Source: a virus
Taxonomy: Duplodnaviria; Caudoviricetes
Virus record (IMG/VR): IMGVR_UViG_3300032212_000510
Span: 1-48,881 of that record
DNA: 48,881 nt
Reading direction: 5' to 3' (one strand)
A model generated the notes under the pieces. The model saw nothing but the letters and a program-made list of their open reading frames with translations. It had not been told where the DNA came from and ran no database searches. Each line of letters starts with the position of its first letter. Position 1 is the first letter of the stretch. Below are positions 46,541 through 48,881 of this stretch, one piece after another. The position numbers and the translations under genes are program-made.

Positions 46541-46944
46541 TAGAGAGAGAGCGCATAGCTGAGCTTGAGCGCGAGCTAGAATATGCAAACGAGAACCTTG
46601 CTCAAGCAGAGGAAGAGCGCGATGCGGTGGATTTTAGTAAATTAAAGCAAGATATGGCTAAATACGAAGCTGAGCAATATGATGAAAAAGAGCTAGCTAT
46701 AGCTGCGTATAACTCTACGATTAATTGTATAAATCACCTAATAGAACAAGGCCACCTGAAATGCAAAGAAAACGCAGCACCAAAGATTGATGGGCTTGAG
46801 GAGGCTATTAGTGATTTTATTGCAGTTGAGGAGTCTAATTATATTGATGAGTACAATCTATTAAATAGTGATACTTTTAATATTTTAATTAAAGCAGCAA
46901 AAGCATATCTGGAAAGGATGAATAAAGATGGAAAAACCACGTAA
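46537..46944 (+). CDS. Hypothetical coiled-coil protein
   Basis: AGGAG RBS and operon packing. Confidence 0.65.
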   Translation: MIERERIAELERELEYANENLAQAEEERDAVDFSKLKQDMAKYEAEQYDEKELAIAAYNSTINCINHLIEQGHLKCKENAAPKIDGLEEAISDFIAVEESNYIDEYNLLNSDTFNILIKAAKAYLERMNKDGKTT

Positions 46945-47134
46945 AACAGTAGGCCAATTTCTGGATTGGATAGCAATGTTGATGCTCTTTGCATACGGAG
47001 CACATAACCTAATAATAAACGACTATCATACGGCAGCGTTATTGTTTGGTGTAATGGGGGTGTGGTCTATGTCATCTGCACTACATAGTATTACTGAATT
47101 ATTAAAGAAATTAACAGAAACAAAGGATGAATAA
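46928..47134 (+). CDS. Small two-TM membrane protein
   Basis: Two hydrophobic segments. Confidence 0.55.
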   Translation: MEKPRKTVGQFLDWIAMLMLFAYGAHNLIINDYHTAALLFGVMGVWSMSSALHSITELLKKLTETKDE

Positions 47135-47137
47135 ATA

Positions 47138-47458
47138 ATGTTTGAATTACTATTTTTATTGCTAATCGGTCATGTGTTAGCTGATTACCCCTTGCAGGGG
47201 GATTTTCTAGCTAAAGGTAAAAACCACAAGGCTCCTGTGCCAACTATCCCATGGTGGCAATGTTTAACTGCACATTCGCTTATACATGGGGGGTTTGTTT
47301 ATCTTATAAGTGGTTATTTTATTTTAGGTATTCTCGAGGTTGTAGCTCACTGGATTATAGATTTTCTGAAGTGTAATAACTCAATATCATTCAATACGGA
47401 TCAAGCACTACACATAACATGCAAGGTAATTTGGGTATTAGTAATTATAAATATTTAA
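47138..47458 (+). CDS. DUF3307-like membrane protein
   Basis: GHVLADYPLQ, AHSLIH, AHWIID, DQALH motifs. Confidence 0.8.
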   Translation: MFELLFLLLIGHVLADYPLQGDFLAKGKNHKAPVPTIPWWQCLTAHSLIHGGFVYLISGYFILGILEVVAHWIIDFLKCNNSISFNTDQALHITCKVIWVLVIINI

Positions 47459-47519
47459 GAGCAACAAATGCAAGCAACACCTAACGGCGGGTGCGTGATT
47501 ATAGATTGGAGTTAAAATA

Positions 47520-47690
47520 ATGTTTATTGCGTATATATGCTTAACAGCAACATTAGTATTTATGGTTGGTAATATACTGGCCATATGGGATTACAGGTTT
47601 AATCAGACTGATAACTGGTTTTATATCTCTGCTTTAATTTCAGCTATCATGATGTGTATAACTTGTACCTTATTTATATGGAATTTGTGA
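47520..47690 (+). CDS. Small two-TM protein (56 aa, not in ORF track)
   Basis: GGAG RBS. MFIAYICLTATLVFMVGNILAIW...WFYISALISAIMMCITCTLFIWNL. Confidence 0.5.
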   Translation: MFIAYICLTATLVFMVGNILAIWDYRFNQTDNWFYISALISAIMMCITCTLFIWNL

Positions 47691-47814
47691 TGAGTAAGAT
47701 AATAGAGACACCACAGCTATTCCTGATCCTACTACTAATCATGAAGTAACTCTGTATTAAACACCTTAACAACCTACTGTGCATTTTTATTAAAAATCTG
47801 TTAAACTTAACACT

Positions 47815-48546
47815 ATGGCTACTAAGAAAAAAAAACCACAAAAGAAAACACCTGATTCAATAAACCCTGAGACTGGATTATCATCTAGGCAGGAAGAGTT
47901 TGCACGTCAATACCTTGCTCCTACTGCTCCAGAGGGTTATAAGATGCAGGATAACGATGTACCCTTTAATGGAACACGTGCTGTTATACGTGCAGGATAT
48001 TCAGAGAATGGCGCTCATGTCACTGCGTCACGATTATTAAGAAATCCTAAGATTCAAGCTTATATGGCTACACTACGTAAGCCAGCCATGGAACAATTTC
48101 AACTTACTCAGGAGCGCATACTACAGGAGATGGCCTCGTTAGCCTTCTCTAACGTACTGGATTTTGTGAATATAGATGATAACTCCGGCCAGGCATGGAT
48201 TGATATTGCTAAGTGCTCAAGGGAGCAGGCAGCAGCCCTTGCAGGATTTGAGGTTATAGAGATGCCACCTGTTACAATGATGGAGAATGGGATAGAGGTA
48301 TCACGTGAAGTCCTTAAGCATAAGATTAAGTTACACGATAAGAAGCCTATACTTGAGATGCTTGCTAAGCGTGAGAAGATGTTAGAGCCTGATAGGCTTA
48401 ATGTTAATGTTACTGAGAAGATGGATGAGACAGATCGTATGGAGCTTGCGAAGCGTATTGCATTTATGTTGCGTAAGGCTGCTGAGAATAAGAAGAAGAC
48501 TACACAAGCTGCTAAGATGGGTAAGGCTAAGGCTCAAGTTGAATAA
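47815..48546 (+). CDS. terS: Terminase small subunit
   Basis: LSSRQEEFARQYL, NGTRAVIRAGYS..AHVTASRLLRNPKIQ, ILQEMASLAFSN, IKLHDK..LEML. Confidence 0.9.
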   Translation: MATKKKKPQKKTPDSINPETGLSSRQEEFARQYLAPTAPEGYKMQDNDVPFNGTRAVIRAGYSENGAHVTASRLLRNPKIQAYMATLRKPAMEQFQLTQERILQEMASLAFSNVLDFVNIDDNSGQAWIDIAKCSREQAAALAGFEVIEMPPVTMMENGIEVSREVLKHKIKLHDKKPILEMLAKREKMLEPDRLNVNVTEKMDETDRMELAKRIAFMLRKAAENKKKTTQAAKMGKAKAQVE

Positions 48547-48733
48547 TTTGACAATTTGCTGAGAGGTGTTTATCTACCCCGTGAGGACTCGAGACAGTGT
48601 GTAATTAAATCAATTACTTACAGAGTGCGTATTTTTAGCTGTTTTTAATTATCAAAATACCATTTTTCGGTAGTGTCTCAGTTTGAATAACTCACATATA
48701 GCACAGAATTTAATCATCTGCTATAATGACCGC

Positions 48734-48808
48734 ATGACAAAGAATCCAAAAAGACCCATAGACTTATTACTTGTTCATTATATTTTGCCATTATATTTTC
48801 TCCTATAA
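48734..48808 (+). pseudogene. Truncated small basic IS passenger ORF (MTKNPKRP...) fused out of context at the junction
   Basis: Leaderless ATG 7 nt after TATAAT. After KRP it reads antisense to the 469 gene and stops at 24 aa. Confidence 0.55.
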
Positions 48809-48881
48809 TCCTGTTGGTGCAGGGTGTCCCCAGCCATCTTTATGTTCCCAATCCATAAGTTTCTTATGTATGTTTTTGTGG
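48755..48881 (+). repeat. 127-bp terminal repeat identical to 433-559
   Basis: Direct base-by-base identity. Confidence 0.95.

Larger units (their letters stand above)
2916..48668. other. Tailed phage genome, podovirus-type (T7/BPP-1-like virion module), probable alphaproteobacterial host
   Basis: terL-portal-scaffold-MCP-tail tube A/B-ejection proteins-fibre-lysis synteny. No tape measure or sheath. terS at the other end closes the circle across the IS. Confidence 0.92.
48669..48881 (+). mobile_element. IS1-family element, left part (left IR 48669-48688, promoter, truncated small ORF, junction to 433)
   Basis: GGTAGTGTCTCAGTTTGAAT, then TGcTATAAT (48719-27), then sequence identical to 433-559 from 48755 on. 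Confidence 0.85.

Noticed and set aside
48755-48881. 127-bp repeat as a biological terminal repeat or att site
   Set aside because: Its length equals a typical assembler k-mer, it lies inside IS passenger genes, and no integrase is present.

Overview
The window is an apparently complete, circularly assembled ~48.3 kb podovirus-type phage genome with an insertion sequence in it. The host is most likely an alphaproteobacterium, inferred from a GapR/DUF2312 domain, an alpha-type SSB and an alpha-type XRE protein. The + strand late region (3011-31344) encodes a putative head spike/esterase, TerL, portal, scaffold, major capsid protein, tRNA-Met(CAT), tail tubular proteins A and B, ejection proteins (one with a lytic transglycosylase domain, one 2388-aa polyvalent protein), a tail fibre and a holin/M15 endolysin/spanin cassette. 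A - strand early arm (31587-38849) carries SSB, MazG-like, RecE-like, PcfJ-like and ASCH genes. A + strand arm (38913-48546) carries HTH genes, VRR-NUC, a DNA methyltransferase, a LexA-like DNA-binding protein, an FtsK-gamma/GapR fusion, Csp, Gp49-like, KTSC and TerS genes. An IS1-family element with 20-bp inverted repeats (48669-48688 and 2896-2915) and a HigB / HigA-metallopeptidase / unknown passenger operon sits just after terS. The last 127 bp repeat 433-559, which exposes an internal deletion allele of this IS. Most notable: I recognise no integrase, initiator, helicase, primase or polymerase, yet a bacterial-oriC-like locus (DnaA-box array, trinucleotide repeat, AT-rich DUE, GANTC sites) sits at 39757-39984. 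There are also two promoter-proximal ncRNA candidates with tRNA-like ends. All family assignments come from motif recognition by eye, not database searches.
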